Below, in pieces: positions 8,824 to 17,091 of a stretch of DNA of 64,000 bases (positions are counted from its first letter, which is position 1; the number at the start of each line of letters is the position of its first letter). Under the pieces are notes generated by a model. It did no database searches and had not been told where the DNA came from. It saw only the letters and a list, made by a program, of their open reading frames with translations. The stretch lies in IMG/VR virus record IMGVR_UViG_3300027849_000009, one strand, 5' to 3'. This DNA is from a virus. The translations under genes and the position numbers were made by a program.

Positions 8824-8997
8824 ATGAATTTATATGATATGAACGATACAAACTTTGATAACTACCAAAACTACATTATGGACAATGCTGATCTTTCTGA
8901 GGTCACCATCTGTAACGGAGACACACTCTTGGAGGCAGCAGAAAATTCGTACCTCCTAGAAGAGTTCATGCAATCACCCCAATACATTGTGGAATAA
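8824..8997 (+). CDS. Small highly acidic early protein (57 aa)
   Basis: MNLYDMNDTNFD...QYIVE*; 12 D/E and no K/R; first ORF after an early promoter. Confidence 0.7.
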   Translation: MNLYDMNDTNFDNYQNYIMDNADLSEVTICNGDTLLEAAENSYLLEEFMQSPQYIVE

Positions 8998-9008
8998 CCT
9001 TTGAGTAA

Positions 9009-9362
9009 ATGATTATGAGAAAACCACCAATATGTTGCATAGAAGATTGCGGTCAAACATCCGATCATACAGATGTACGCTATTTCGGTGAAGTGTATAG
9101 AAACCTCTGTGAGGAACATTACGAAGACCTGCATCCTATTAGAGATAGAACACATCCAATTAGACCCGAGTGTACAGTTGCAGATTGTGACAAGTTAGCG
9201 CATAATACCGGTACCAATAAGAACGGTACTATAAACTGGAGAAAGCATTGTTATGCGCATCACCAGGATAGACTAGACCAACTCGCCTTATCAAATTCAA
9301 TTTCGCTTACTCCATTTATACCAAGATCGCATCACGGTGATCTGCTACCATTTTTCGAGTGA
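9009..9362 (+). CDS. Tandem zinc-finger protein
   Basis: Two CxxxxC...CxxH units. Confidence 0.65.
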   Translation: MIMRKPPICCIEDCGQTSDHTDVRYFGEVYRNLCEEHYEDLHPIRDRTHPIRPECTVADCDKLAHNTGTNKNGTINWRKHCYAHHQDRLDQLALSNSISLTPFIPRSHHGDLLPFFE

Positions 9363-9372
9363 TATAAGTTCC

Positions 9373-9439
9373 ATGAATAGTGAGTATTCATGAGATAAAT
9401 GCTAATTAGGTTGACTATGTTGTCATTTCATGAGATAAT
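9373..9439 (+). promoter_or_regulatory. Early promoter cassette with motif A
   Basis: ATGAATAGTGAGTATTCAT, 19 nt gap, TTGACT-17-GATAAT. Confidence 0.8.
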
Positions 9440-9469
9440 AGTACCCTAATCAGATGAGAGAGATATGTT

Positions 9470-9766
9470 ATGACTGCATTTACTAAAGAAAACTTCACTT
9501 GGGACGGCATGTACTTGATGTATCAAGGCGCGTTCGAAGGTTCTCGCACTATGGAGCAAGTGTCTCCTGACTGTCACCCATCTTGGTACGGTATGCCCGA
9601 ACGTACTTTTGTTGCACGATTCAAGTATGGTAGCAAACCTTGGAAGTCGTGGGTTAACTTCCTAGTTAAGAACTTCACCATCGAAGAGTACATTGAACTA
9701 AGTAAACAAACTAGTCCGATGCAAGCGATGGAAGTCAAAGGTTTTAAAGCGAGGAAGAAAGCATGA
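9470..9766 (+). CDS. Hypothetical early protein
   Basis: ORF with GAGAGAG SD after promoter cassette. Confidence 0.75.
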   Translation: MTAFTKENFTWDGMYLMYQGAFEGSRTMEQVSPDCHPSWYGMPERTFVARFKYGSKPWKSWVNFLVKNFTIEEYIELSKQTSPMQAMEVKGFKARKKA

Positions 9767-10188
9767 AAATTTTAATGATGTGTCAAGATAGAGAGAACTA
9801 TGGCGCTCATGATTGGGACGATGCAACTACCGAGTGTCCTCAGTATTGGAAGAATAAGGGCGGTAATACATATATCATAGAGAACGTAACTGTTGCGCAG
9901 GGACGTGATGAGGCGTTCTGGCAGTTAGCAGAGGCAGCAATCGAGTCTTCGGACGATTACTTCTCTACGCATATTCTACAGCAACAATTAGTAGATGATG
10001 ATTACGACACTAGTAAGTGGATAGAGGGTTGGGAAACTCCTATTCGCTTAAATCTTGTCGGCGAAGACTTCCATGCAGAGAGAACTCGGGGGGCATTATC
10101 TAACGTCTCAATCAACGAGTCATGGATTCAAAAAGATGGTGATAGATTGCACTACACATCCTTAAATACTACAGGTACAAACAAATGA
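9763..10188 (+). CDS. Hypothetical protein
   Basis: ENYGAHDWD...PQYWKNKGG motif; coupled to neighbours. Confidence 0.75.
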   Translation: MKILMMCQDRENYGAHDWDDATTECPQYWKNKGGNTYIIENVTVAQGRDEAFWQLAEAAIESSDDYFSTHILQQQLVDDDYDTSKWIEGWETPIRLNLVGEDFHAERTRGALSNVSINESWIQKDGDRLHYTSLNTTGTNK

Positions 10189-11138
10189 AGGGAAATAGAA
10201 TACTTGTTACCGGCGGTGCTGGTTTCATTGGTTCACAACTGATTGCTCGATTGAATGATCGGGGTTACGAGGCGATGGGTATTGACAACTTCAACTCCCA
10301 TCTGTACGATGCATCCTTTAAACATGATCGAGTAAAGGCATTAAAGATTCCTGTTACTCATTGTGATTTTGCCTCAGGAGACATTCGCTATCTTCGTAAG
10401 ACTGTCACGGACTTCGCGCCTGATCAGATTATTCATCTCGGTGCTATGGCGGGGGTGCGCGATTCGTTTGGTAAAGAAAGTGAATATCACAAGAACAATA
10501 TTGACGGCACACAAAGAATCATTGAATTACTTCAGACATATTTACCTGAGTGTCGGGTGATTTATGCGTCTACGTCTAGTGTGTACAGTAGCACCAAAGA
10601 ACTTCCATGGAAAGAGGACAATGTTCAAGCGCACCAGTTGAATGCATATTCATACAGCAAGTATGCTAACGAATGTATGTTCAAGATTAGTGGTCTGAAT
10701 AATGTTGGTCTAAGATTCTTCACAGTCTATGGACCGTGGGGCAGACCTGACATGGCACTGTTCGACTTCACTAAGAAGATTCTAGCGGGCGAACGTATCA
10801 CAGTGTATAACTATGGTAACATGAAACGGGACTTCACCTACGTCGATGATATACTTGACGGCATTGAGATAGTGATTGAGAATGCTAAGATCGAATCTGG
10901 TGAGATATTCAATATTGGTAATGGCAAGCAAGTGGGTTTAATAGACTTCATCAATGAGATTGTGAAGTGTACGGGCAAGAAATCATTGCAAGACCTTCGC
11001 GCTCCACATCCTGCTGATGCTCTTGAAACATGGTCTGATACAACGAAACTTGCTAAACTAGGATATGCTCCGAAGGTTGATGTTGAAGAAGGTGTCGCTA
11101 AGTTCTACGATTGGTACATGGAGTACTACGGTGATTAG
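10185..11138 (+). CDS. NAD-dependent nucleotide-sugar epimerase (UDP-glucuronate 4-epimerase/WcaG-like)
   Basis: TGGAGFIG, YxxxK, LRFFTVYGPWGRPDMA, RDFTYVDD. Confidence 0.92.
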   Translation: MKGNRILVTGGAGFIGSQLIARLNDRGYEAMGIDNFNSHLYDASFKHDRVKALKIPVTHCDFASGDIRYLRKTVTDFAPDQIIHLGAMAGVRDSFGKESEYHKNNIDGTQRIIELLQTYLPECRVIYASTSSVYSSTKELPWKEDNVQAHQLNAYSYSKYANECMFKISGLNNVGLRFFTVYGPWGRPDMALFDFTKKILAGERITVYNYGNMKRDFTYVDDILDGIEIVIENAKIESGEIFNIGNGKQVGLIDFINEIVKCTGKKSLQDLRAPHPADALETWSDTTKLAKLGYAPKVDVEEGVAKFYDWYMEYYGD

Positions 11139-11481
11139 TTATAGCACAAACTGGATGGGTCCAATCTCTACTAAGTGGTACGAAGATAGAGACATACCAT
11201 TTGTAATGGAGAAAACACTAAACTCTTCTAACACTGCATACATAGAGTACAAACACTATCTTGAATCTTATTCATGTGGACGTATCGATATCTATGGGTT
11301 AGATCCTGAAGAATATTATGCAGGTAAAGATGAGTACGGTGTCTCGCCAATGCGTACAGAAGATTGGAACGCATTCGGCGATTGGTTAGATAATATAAAT
11401 GATGAAAGTCTAACTACATACAAAGAACTGATACGTCAATTCGAAGATCACCATGGCAAACCTATAAGATGGTATAAATAG
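11131..11481 (+). CDS. Hypothetical protein
   Basis: GTG start overlapping the epimerase stop. Confidence 0.65.
   Translation: MISYSTNWMGPISTKWYEDRDIPFVMEKTLNSSNTAYIEYKHYLESYSCGRIDIYGLDPEEYYAGKDEYGVSPMRTEDWNAFGDWLDNINDESLTTYKELIRQFEDHHGKPIRWYK
11473..11480 (+). promoter_or_regulatory. T4-type late promoter
   Basis: TATAAATA upstream of a structured leader and lipoprotein gene. Confidence 0.7.
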
Positions 11482-11578
11482 AGATTACAAGGATGATGTT
11501 CTGCGTATCAAGTGGTACGTACCACAGTAGTGATAAAGGGATACACAATCGGAAAGACAAGAACAGGAGATTGTCACT

Positions 11579-11788
11579 ATGCATAAGTTATTCGCATTAG
11601 TAGCAGTAGTTTTTCTAGCAAGTTGTTCTACAGTCGATGCTACCTATGACGGTGGTAAGGGTGTTGTGAATGGTGTTGCCAAAGATACATTTGGTATTAC
11701 ATCAGGAACTTTTGACGTTATTTCAAACGTCATCAAAGATGTTGCTGATAAGACTGGCGTAGATATCGAAGAAGAAGACGCCGAGTAA
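11579..11788 (+). CDS. Small lipoprotein (entericidin-like architecture)
   Basis: Lipobox LASC followed by Gly-rich amphipathic helix; AGGAGA SD. Confidence 0.75.
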   Translation: MHKLFALVAVVFLASCSTVDATYDGGKGVVNGVAKDTFGITSGTFDVISNVIKDVADKTGVDIEEEDAE

Positions 11789-11845
11789 TTGTAAGTAAGG
11801 AGTTCGCCGACCAAGGATGGTACTATTCATTAAAGGTATTAGAGT

Positions 11846-12016
11846 ATGAAACGTGGTGAGAAAAGTTTGGAAGTAAGAGCAAAGCAACAGATTTCTATTT
11901 GTTGTAAGACTCTGTGTGAACGTGAGGTAGTCGAAGCGTATATTGAAGAGTTGGAATGTGAAATCGCTGACTTGAAAAAGTATGTTGCCGCATTAGAAAG
12001 GCAGTACAATGAGTGA
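11846..12016 (+). CDS. Hypothetical coiled-coil protein (56 aa)
   Basis: MKRGEKSLEV...RQYNE*; overlaps next start. Confidence 0.55.
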   Translation: MKRGEKSLEVRAKQQISICCKTLCEREVVEAYIEELECEIADLKKYVAALERQYNE

Positions 12017-12467
12017 ATATACACCAGACAATTGGGTTGTCATTAAATTTACCCAACAAGTAAAAAGTGGCAACACTGGATATGGTAGAACAGAAAAAGT
12101 GTTTTACAAAGTACTCGGTGGTTGGTCAGGCGGTTATCTGTCTGGTGATTCATGGAGACTGAACAGTGGCATCGTTGATGTTGAAGAGACTACCGATTCT
12201 TTTATCTTCATTGGTCATAGTGGTAGTCGATACATATGCGACAAGACTCAGGAATGTCTGAGAATGAATACTGCCGGTATATGGAAACAAATGCAGGAAG
12301 TTAGTGGTGATACGGCAGGAGATGTTGAAGTCGAACTGATGGAACCTGATGACGAAAGAACTCGTAAGGATTGGAAGGCGATGATACTCAATGTGACACC
12401 AGAAGAATTTATTGCAAAGTACGAAGACGTATTGCTACCCGTAATGAAGAGACTGGCAGACAAATGA
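12009..12467 (+). CDS. Conserved phage hypothetical protein
   Basis: YTPDNWVV...YKVLGGWSGGYL.GDSWRLNSGI motif. Confidence 0.8.
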   Translation: MSEYTPDNWVVIKFTQQVKSGNTGYGRTEKVFYKVLGGWSGGYLSGDSWRLNSGIVDVEETTDSFIFIGHSGSRYICDKTQECLRMNTAGIWKQMQEVSGDTAGDVEVELMEPDDERTRKDWKAMILNVTPEEFIAKYEDVLLPVMKRLADK

Positions 12468-12643
12468 ATAAGTGGTGGAGAATCTGGGCAAAGAGTCTAG
12501 GTGAGAAAGTTGGTGAGACGGACAAGCAAGCAAACACTGTTGCTAGTATTCGTACACTATGGTGGTTGACTCACATGGCAACTTGTGTAGCAATCATTCT
12601 TAATGCAATAGCAAATCACGGTTGGAGATTGATAGGATTATGA
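12464..12643 (+). CDS. Small membrane protein
   Basis: WRIWAKSLGEK motif plus TM helix. Confidence 0.7.
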   Translation: MNKWWRIWAKSLGEKVGETDKQANTVASIRTLWWLTHMATCVAIILNAIANHGWRLIGL

Positions 12644-12996
12644 AATACGTCTGGATGGGTTTAGGTTGGTTGTGTGTTGTATTAGCATATGTTGGTTTCG
12701 TCACACCTGGAATTCCATTCAGTCACTTTCTGTTGGGTGCAGTCTATTGCTTCTCGAAGTCTAGTCCTCGAATGGAGAAGTGGTTATATAATCATCCCTG
12801 GTTCGGTGAGTTTCTTACCAACTGGAAAGAGAAGAAGATATTCCCAGTCAAAGCAAAGATCGGCATGGTCGTTATGATGTCATCTTCCCTCATTATTATG
12901 TACTACACTGTACCTAATATCATGTTGGTTGTCTATGCGGGTGTCACCATGGCACTAGTTGCTACCTTTGTCTGGTGGAAATACCCATCGTCATAA
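12640..12996 (+). CDS. ybaN: YbaN/DUF454 inner-membrane protein
   Basis: GFVTPGIP..FLL.A.YCFSKSSPR...WL.NHPWFG motif. Confidence 0.85.
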   Translation: MKYVWMGLGWLCVVLAYVGFVTPGIPFSHFLLGAVYCFSKSSPRMEKWLYNHPWFGEFLTNWKEKKIFPVKAKIGMVVMMSSSLIIMYYTVPNIMLVVYAGVTMALVATFVWWKYPSS

Positions 12997-13001
12997 GTTC
13001 C

Positions 13002-13067
13002 ATGAATCATGAGTATTCATGAGATAAATGGCGAAAGTGTTGACACCATCTCCAGTTATGATATAAT
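13002..13067 (+). promoter_or_regulatory. Early promoter cassette with motif A
   Basis: ATGAATCATGAGTATTCAT, 19 nt gap, TTGACA-16-TATAAT. Confidence 0.8.
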
Positions 13068-13097
13068 AGTACCTCATTAGACAGATAGAGACTTATT

Positions 13098-13394
13098 ATG
13101 AAAGACAGAATATTCAACTATGCCCACACTGATGATACTAACAAGTTCTACTTCAATCGTGTTACCGACGAGTTCACCACCAAGATGAATTGGTATGATA
13201 ACGATGACGTTGATATGATTGTCGTTGACGCAACCAATACCTCACAAGAGACTGACAACATATTCTCTTTCATCTATAAGACAGAACCTAACACTGATCA
13301 AGTATGGATGCGCTTTGCCAATGAGTTCGAATGTCGCAACACTGACTTGATTCTTGATCCAACTAAACCTGCTTACATGATACAGGTGAAATAA
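13098..13394 (+). CDS. Hypothetical acidic early protein
   Basis: ORF directly after promoter cassette. Confidence 0.7.
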   Translation: MKDRIFNYAHTDDTNKFYFNRVTDEFTTKMNWYDNDDVDMIVVDATNTSQETDNIFSFIYKTEPNTDQVWMRFANEFECRNTDLILDPTKPAYMIQVK

Positions 13395-13395
13395 A

Positions 13396-13554
13396 ATGAA
13401 TAAACTGAATCTTGTATTAGGTAGTTTGATGATGATGGGTGCTGTTGGTGCAATCGAGACTGGCAGTATGCCACTCAGTACTGCTATGGTGTTTGGTGTG
13501 ATTGGTTCAATCTCCGCAGTCTACAGTGCATATAAACTTAATGAAGAGTATTAA
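13396..13554 (+). CDS. Small two-TM membrane protein
   Basis: MNKLNLVLGSLMMMGAVGA...; AGGTG SD. Confidence 0.6.
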   Translation: MNKLNLVLGSLMMMGAVGAIETGSMPLSTAMVFGVIGSISAVYSAYKLNEEY

Positions 13555-13557
13555 ATA

Positions 13558-13851
13558 ATGACCGAGTTCACCCCCGAAGAGTTGAAAAACTCCAAACGAA
13601 TCTTCAAGTCCGCAACACCAAAGTATACTATTGATTGGTATGTCAAGTGGTTTGCCTCTGTTATGGTCCTCTCTGCAATGTCAGTACGAGGAATTGAGGG
13701 ATTGATGTACTACGATCTCGCCTTGTCATACATTGGATTGATCGGGTGGTTAGCAGTCTCGTTCATGTGGAAAGATAGAGCATTGATTTGTGTAAACGGT
13801 GTTGGTCTTGTGTTACTATCAAAGAATATTCTTTCTCTGTGGGCAGCATAA
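13558..13851 (+). CDS. Membrane protein (DUF6552-like)
   Basis: DWYVKW and WKDRALI motifs; three TM segments. Confidence 0.7.
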   Translation: MTEFTPEELKNSKRIFKSATPKYTIDWYVKWFASVMVLSAMSVRGIEGLMYYDLALSYIGLIGWLAVSFMWKDRALICVNGVGLVLLSKNILSLWAA

Positions 13852-13864
13852 GAATGAAGGTTCT

Positions 13865-13928
13865 TATAACAAAATGTTCTAAAAATAAGTGAGAAAAAGG
13901 TAGACAAGAACTCCAGATATGATATAAT
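13865..13928 (+). promoter_or_regulatory. Early promoter cassette with motif B
   Basis: TATAACAAAATGTTCTA, 19 nt gap, TAGACA-16-TATAAT. Confidence 0.7.
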
Positions 13929-13965
13929 AAGTACTTAGTTAATCGAGATGAAGAGAGAATATATT

Positions 13966-14559
13966 ATGAATGATGTAATTGAGATGTACGAAGCAAATGT
14001 TGTTATGAATGATTTAGTTGAGTTGTTCGAAGCAAATAGTTTAACACTTGTACTAGATGTTGACAATAAGATTGCTCGTTGTGATCGACCTGCTCCACGT
14101 AGTCGTTTAGGTTTCAAGAGCGAGTTCCACACTCGTTACCAAAGTGTTGAGCGTATGATTCTAGTATGTACTCAGTTCATCGAAAAGCGTATTGCTAATC
14201 AGAAAGCGAAAGAAGAACGTAAGATCGCTCAGAAGTTAAATAAAGTTGCTCTTGCCGCAGATGTTAAAGTTGGTGACTTGTTCGTTGACAGTTGGGGTTA
14301 TGAACAAACCAATGTTGATGCTTACCAAGTTGTTGCTAAACCTAGTGCGACTACTGTAATCGTTCGTGAGATTGGTTACGCTACTGTTAAAGATTCTGAA
14401 GGTTATGATTGTGAAAATGTTCGTCTTGTTCCTAACTCTTTCAAGGGTGAAGAGATGACCAAGAGATTAAACAACTACGGTGGTTTCAAGACTTACAGTC
14501 ACTCAAGTGCTTCAAAGACTACTGCTGATGCTACTCACTACCGTTCATGGTACTACTAA
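13966..14559 (+). CDS. Hypothetical early protein
   Basis: VGDLFVDSWGYEQTNVDAYQVV motif; GAGAG SD. Confidence 0.8.
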   Translation: MNDVIEMYEANVVMNDLVELFEANSLTLVLDVDNKIARCDRPAPRSRLGFKSEFHTRYQSVERMILVCTQFIEKRIANQKAKEERKIAQKLNKVALAADVKVGDLFVDSWGYEQTNVDAYQVVAKPSATTVIVREIGYATVKDSEGYDCENVRLVPNSFKGEEMTKRLNNYGGFKTYSHSSASKTTADATHYRSWYY

Positions 14560-14572
14560 GAGAGAATATATT

Positions 14573-14710
14573 ATGAAAAATGAAGTTTCTGTGTTGATGA
14601 ATGACCTCGTTATGCTGATTGAAGCAAGCGAGTGTTATAACGAAACGTACTACAACAGCGAGTACAAGCGAATAATTAATCGAATCATTGAACTAGGAGG
14701 GTTCTTATAA
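14573..14710 (+). CDS. Small hypothetical protein
   Basis: Same 20-nt RBS as the 13966 gene; N-terminus similar (MNDLV..IEA). Confidence 0.6.
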   Translation: MKNEVSVLMNDLVMLIEASECYNETYYNSEYKRIINRIIELGGFL

Positions 14711-14760
14711 CAAAATGTTCTAAGAAAGGTGTTGACAAAACATCATATCCATGAGATAAT
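14706..14760 (+). promoter_or_regulatory. Early promoter cassette with motif B
   Basis: TATAACAAAATGTTCTA, 9 nt gap, TTGACA-17-GATAAT. Confidence 0.75.
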
Positions 14761-14792
14761 AGTACCCTATTGAGATGAGAGAGTTATTAGTT

Positions 14793-15281
14793 ATGTTAGT
14801 TGAAGCGATCCAGTTTGCCACCGAGATGCACAAAGGTCAGGTACGAAAGTATACTGGTGAAGCATATATCACCCACCCTGTTGCCGTTGCTGATCTTGTT
14901 GAAGAGTATATGGATGCCAATGGTTACAGCGAAGATGAGATCATGGATGCCATGACCATCGCCGTCTTGCACGATACTGTCGAAGACACCGAAGCAACCG
15001 AGGAAGACATCTTCCAGATGTACGGTGCTGATATTGCCAGCGGTGTTTGGTTCTTAACTAAGTGTCCTGACTATGTAGGTAACAGACGAATTCGCAAGAA
15101 GATATGCGAAGAACGTCTCGCTCGTGCCCCACAAATTATTAAAATCATTAAGACATTTGATATGTACCACAACAGTCTAACCTTGGAAAGAGATGACCCT
15201 AAGTTCTACAAGGTCTTCATGGTCGAGACTGCCAGTTTGTTGAGCGCAATGAACACTACTGAAATCTTTCCGAAGAAGTAA
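14793..15281 (+). CDS. HD-domain small alarmone hydrolase (SpoT/Mesh1-like)
   Basis: HKGQVRKYTGEAYITHP, LHDTVEDT and IK..D..HN motifs. Confidence 0.85.
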   Translation: MLVEAIQFATEMHKGQVRKYTGEAYITHPVAVADLVEEYMDANGYSEDEIMDAMTIAVLHDTVEDTEATEEDIFQMYGADIASGVWFLTKCPDYVGNRRIRKKICEERLARAPQIIKIIKTFDMYHNSLTLERDDPKFYKVFMVETASLLSAMNTTEIFPKK

Positions 15282-15306
15282 CTACTTAAATTATTGGAGA
15301 TATATT

Positions 15307-15660
15307 ATGGGTATTCACGTAAACATTTATAAGCAAGCAAGAGACGAAGATTCTATGTTCGGTAACGTGGACTGCACCGCTGGTGGTGAGTCAAGTTACG
15401 CAAAAGGTTTCACTGTGATGAACTGTGAAGGACCGTTCGAACCTTGTATGGATTATCCTGCCGCTGAACTTGTGATGGCAGAACCAATCGGTGGAAGAAA
15501 GATTCTTAGACTGTTTCCAGTTTCTAAGTTGAACAACAACATGACCATGTTCGGTGGAAACTATGCGGGTTGTTCTGACTCAAGGTTCTCAAGACTTTGT
15601 GACCAGTTACTCGGTAGTACGTTCTACGGTGCGGTTGCTGTCTTTGATAGAGTTGAGTGA
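15307..15660 (+). CDS. Hypothetical protein
   Basis: MFGGNYA..SDSRF...FDRVE motif; GGAGA SD. Confidence 0.8.
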   Translation: MGIHVNIYKQARDEDSMFGNVDCTAGGESSYAKGFTVMNCEGPFEPCMDYPAAELVMAEPIGGRKILRLFPVSKLNNNMTMFGGNYAGCSDSRFSRLCDQLLGSTFYGAVAVFDRVE

Positions 15661-15670
15661 GATTCATCAG

Positions 15671-15736
15671 ATGAATAATCACTATTCATGAGAAAAATGT
15701 GAAAAGTGTTGACACCCTGTGTGAATATGTTATAAT
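15671..15736 (+). promoter_or_regulatory. Early promoter cassette with motif A
   Basis: ATGAATAATCACTATTCAT, 19 nt gap, TTGACA-16-TATAAT. Confidence 0.8.
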
Positions 15737-15765
15737 GGTTGTACGAATTGAGAGAGAGATTAAAT

Positions 15766-16149
15766 ATGTTATATAATGATTACAACGAAATCCCCGCAAA
15801 CCTTCGCCGAGTTATCCTTGATGAGACGCTAGAGAAGCGTATAAACAAAGTGCCTTTGTCACTATGTAATCGAATCATCGATGATTATGAGCGACATGAG
15901 GCAGAGATGGAAACACTTCGCCACTTCAGTGTTCAATATAAGAAGGGCAGTGTCACTAAGACATTCGAATACACAAGTGGTCAAGAAGCGTTGACCGCAC
16001 TTGATCAGATGATTGGTTATGATGATAGAGACTTGTCTGTTGTTGCTGTTCTGAAGCAAGCAGATAGAGTTATTCGTGGTTACTTCAACGGTCAGTGGAT
16101 TGTCCCTGCTCCGAAAGATGCTGTTAAATTTAATAAGGTTGGTGTTTAA
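15766..16149 (+). CDS. Hypothetical early protein
   Basis: ATG after GAGAGAG SD. Confidence 0.7.
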   Translation: MLYNDYNEIPANLRRVILDETLEKRINKVPLSLCNRIIDDYERHEAEMETLRHFSVQYKKGSVTKTFEYTSGQEALTALDQMIGYDDRDLSVVAVLKQADRVIRGYFNGQWIVPAPKDAVKFNKVGV

Positions 16150-16150
16150 T

Positions 16151-16426
16151 ATGATTATTGATAAAATTACTGTTACTACTGCGCAACAAATTCCTAATGA
16201 AGATACTTCGTTTATACAGGATATGTACACATCAATTACTGTACGTGAGTTGTACGCTGTAGTAAAAAAGAAAGCGTTGGCGATAGCAGAAGATTTAGAA
16301 TTGCAGACCCAAGGCAAAGCGCGTGTTAGCGTTGAGATGGTAGAGGGCGCGGGTGGTTTACCTTGCGCAGATATTTGGAGTTACGGAAGCATTACAAATC
16401 AAGTCTTCTGTACAGATGAGGTATAA
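16151..16426 (+). CDS. Hypothetical protein
   Basis: Operon-coupled ORF. Confidence 0.6.
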   Translation: MIIDKITVTTAQQIPNEDTSFIQDMYTSITVRELYAVVKKKALAIAEDLELQTQGKARVSVEMVEGAGGLPCADIWSYGSITNQVFCTDEV

Positions 16427-17005
16427 ATGAGAGAAGATAATATAATTTTAACTGACATCGACGGAGTAGTTCTTAACTGGTTCTATGCGTTTGATGTCTG
16501 GATGTTAGAACATGGACATGAGCGTAGAGATGGTGTTCTACAATATGATGTATCAGAAACATATGGTATTGGCAAAGCACAAGCAAAACAAATGGTTCGT
16601 ATGTTCAATGAGAGTGCCGCAATGGGATTCTTACCGCCTCTACGTGATGCAATGCACTACATGAAGAAGTTGCACGAAGAGCATGGATATGTTTTCCATG
16701 CAATCACTAGTCAGAGCAGTAACCCTAATGCGCAGAAGTTGCGAATTATGAATCTTCAGAAGTTATTTGGAGAAACTCTATTCGCGAAGTTCACTATTCT
16801 TGGTTGTGGTGATGACAAAGACGAAGCACTTGAACCATATCGCGATTCCGGTTATACTTGGGTTGAAGATAAAGTAGAGAATGCTGAGTTGGGTGTTAAG
16901 TTAGGACTCGATAGTCTATTGATGGAACATGGATTCAACATGGATCACGAAACTATTCCTTGTATGAAAAACTGGAAAGACATCTATGAGCGACTTGTAG
17001 GTTAA
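16427..17005 (+). CDS. HAD-family phosphatase/nucleotidase (T4 gp30.2-like)
   Basis: ILTDIDGV and WVEDK motifs. Confidence 0.85.
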   Translation: MREDNIILTDIDGVVLNWFYAFDVWMLEHGHERRDGVLQYDVSETYGIGKAQAKQMVRMFNESAAMGFLPPLRDAMHYMKKLHEEHGYVFHAITSQSSNPNAQKLRIMNLQKLFGETLFAKFTILGCGDDKDEALEPYRDSGYTWVEDKVENAELGVKLGLDSLLMEHGFNMDHETIPCMKNWKDIYERLVG

Positions 17006-17057
17006 TATGTTATGGGGAGTGGCGTTATGTGCTACTCCCTAACACGTTTCTGTCCCT

Positions 17058-17065
17058 TATAAATA
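17058..17065 (+). promoter_or_regulatory. T4-type late promoter
   Basis: TATAAATA 26 nt upstream of ATG 17092. Confidence 0.75.
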
Positions 17066-17091
17066 AAACATTATATCGAGGGAATCAATCA

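Noticed and set aside
8729-15736. Repeated intergenic elements as a possible CRISPR array
   Set aside because: The repeats are kilobases apart, flank genes and contain promoters; there is no regular repeat-spacer period and no cas operon.
17015-17039. GGGAGTGGC/GCTACTCCC hairpin as an intrinsic terminator
   Set aside because: The stem is good but no U-tract follows immediately on either strand; left uncalled.
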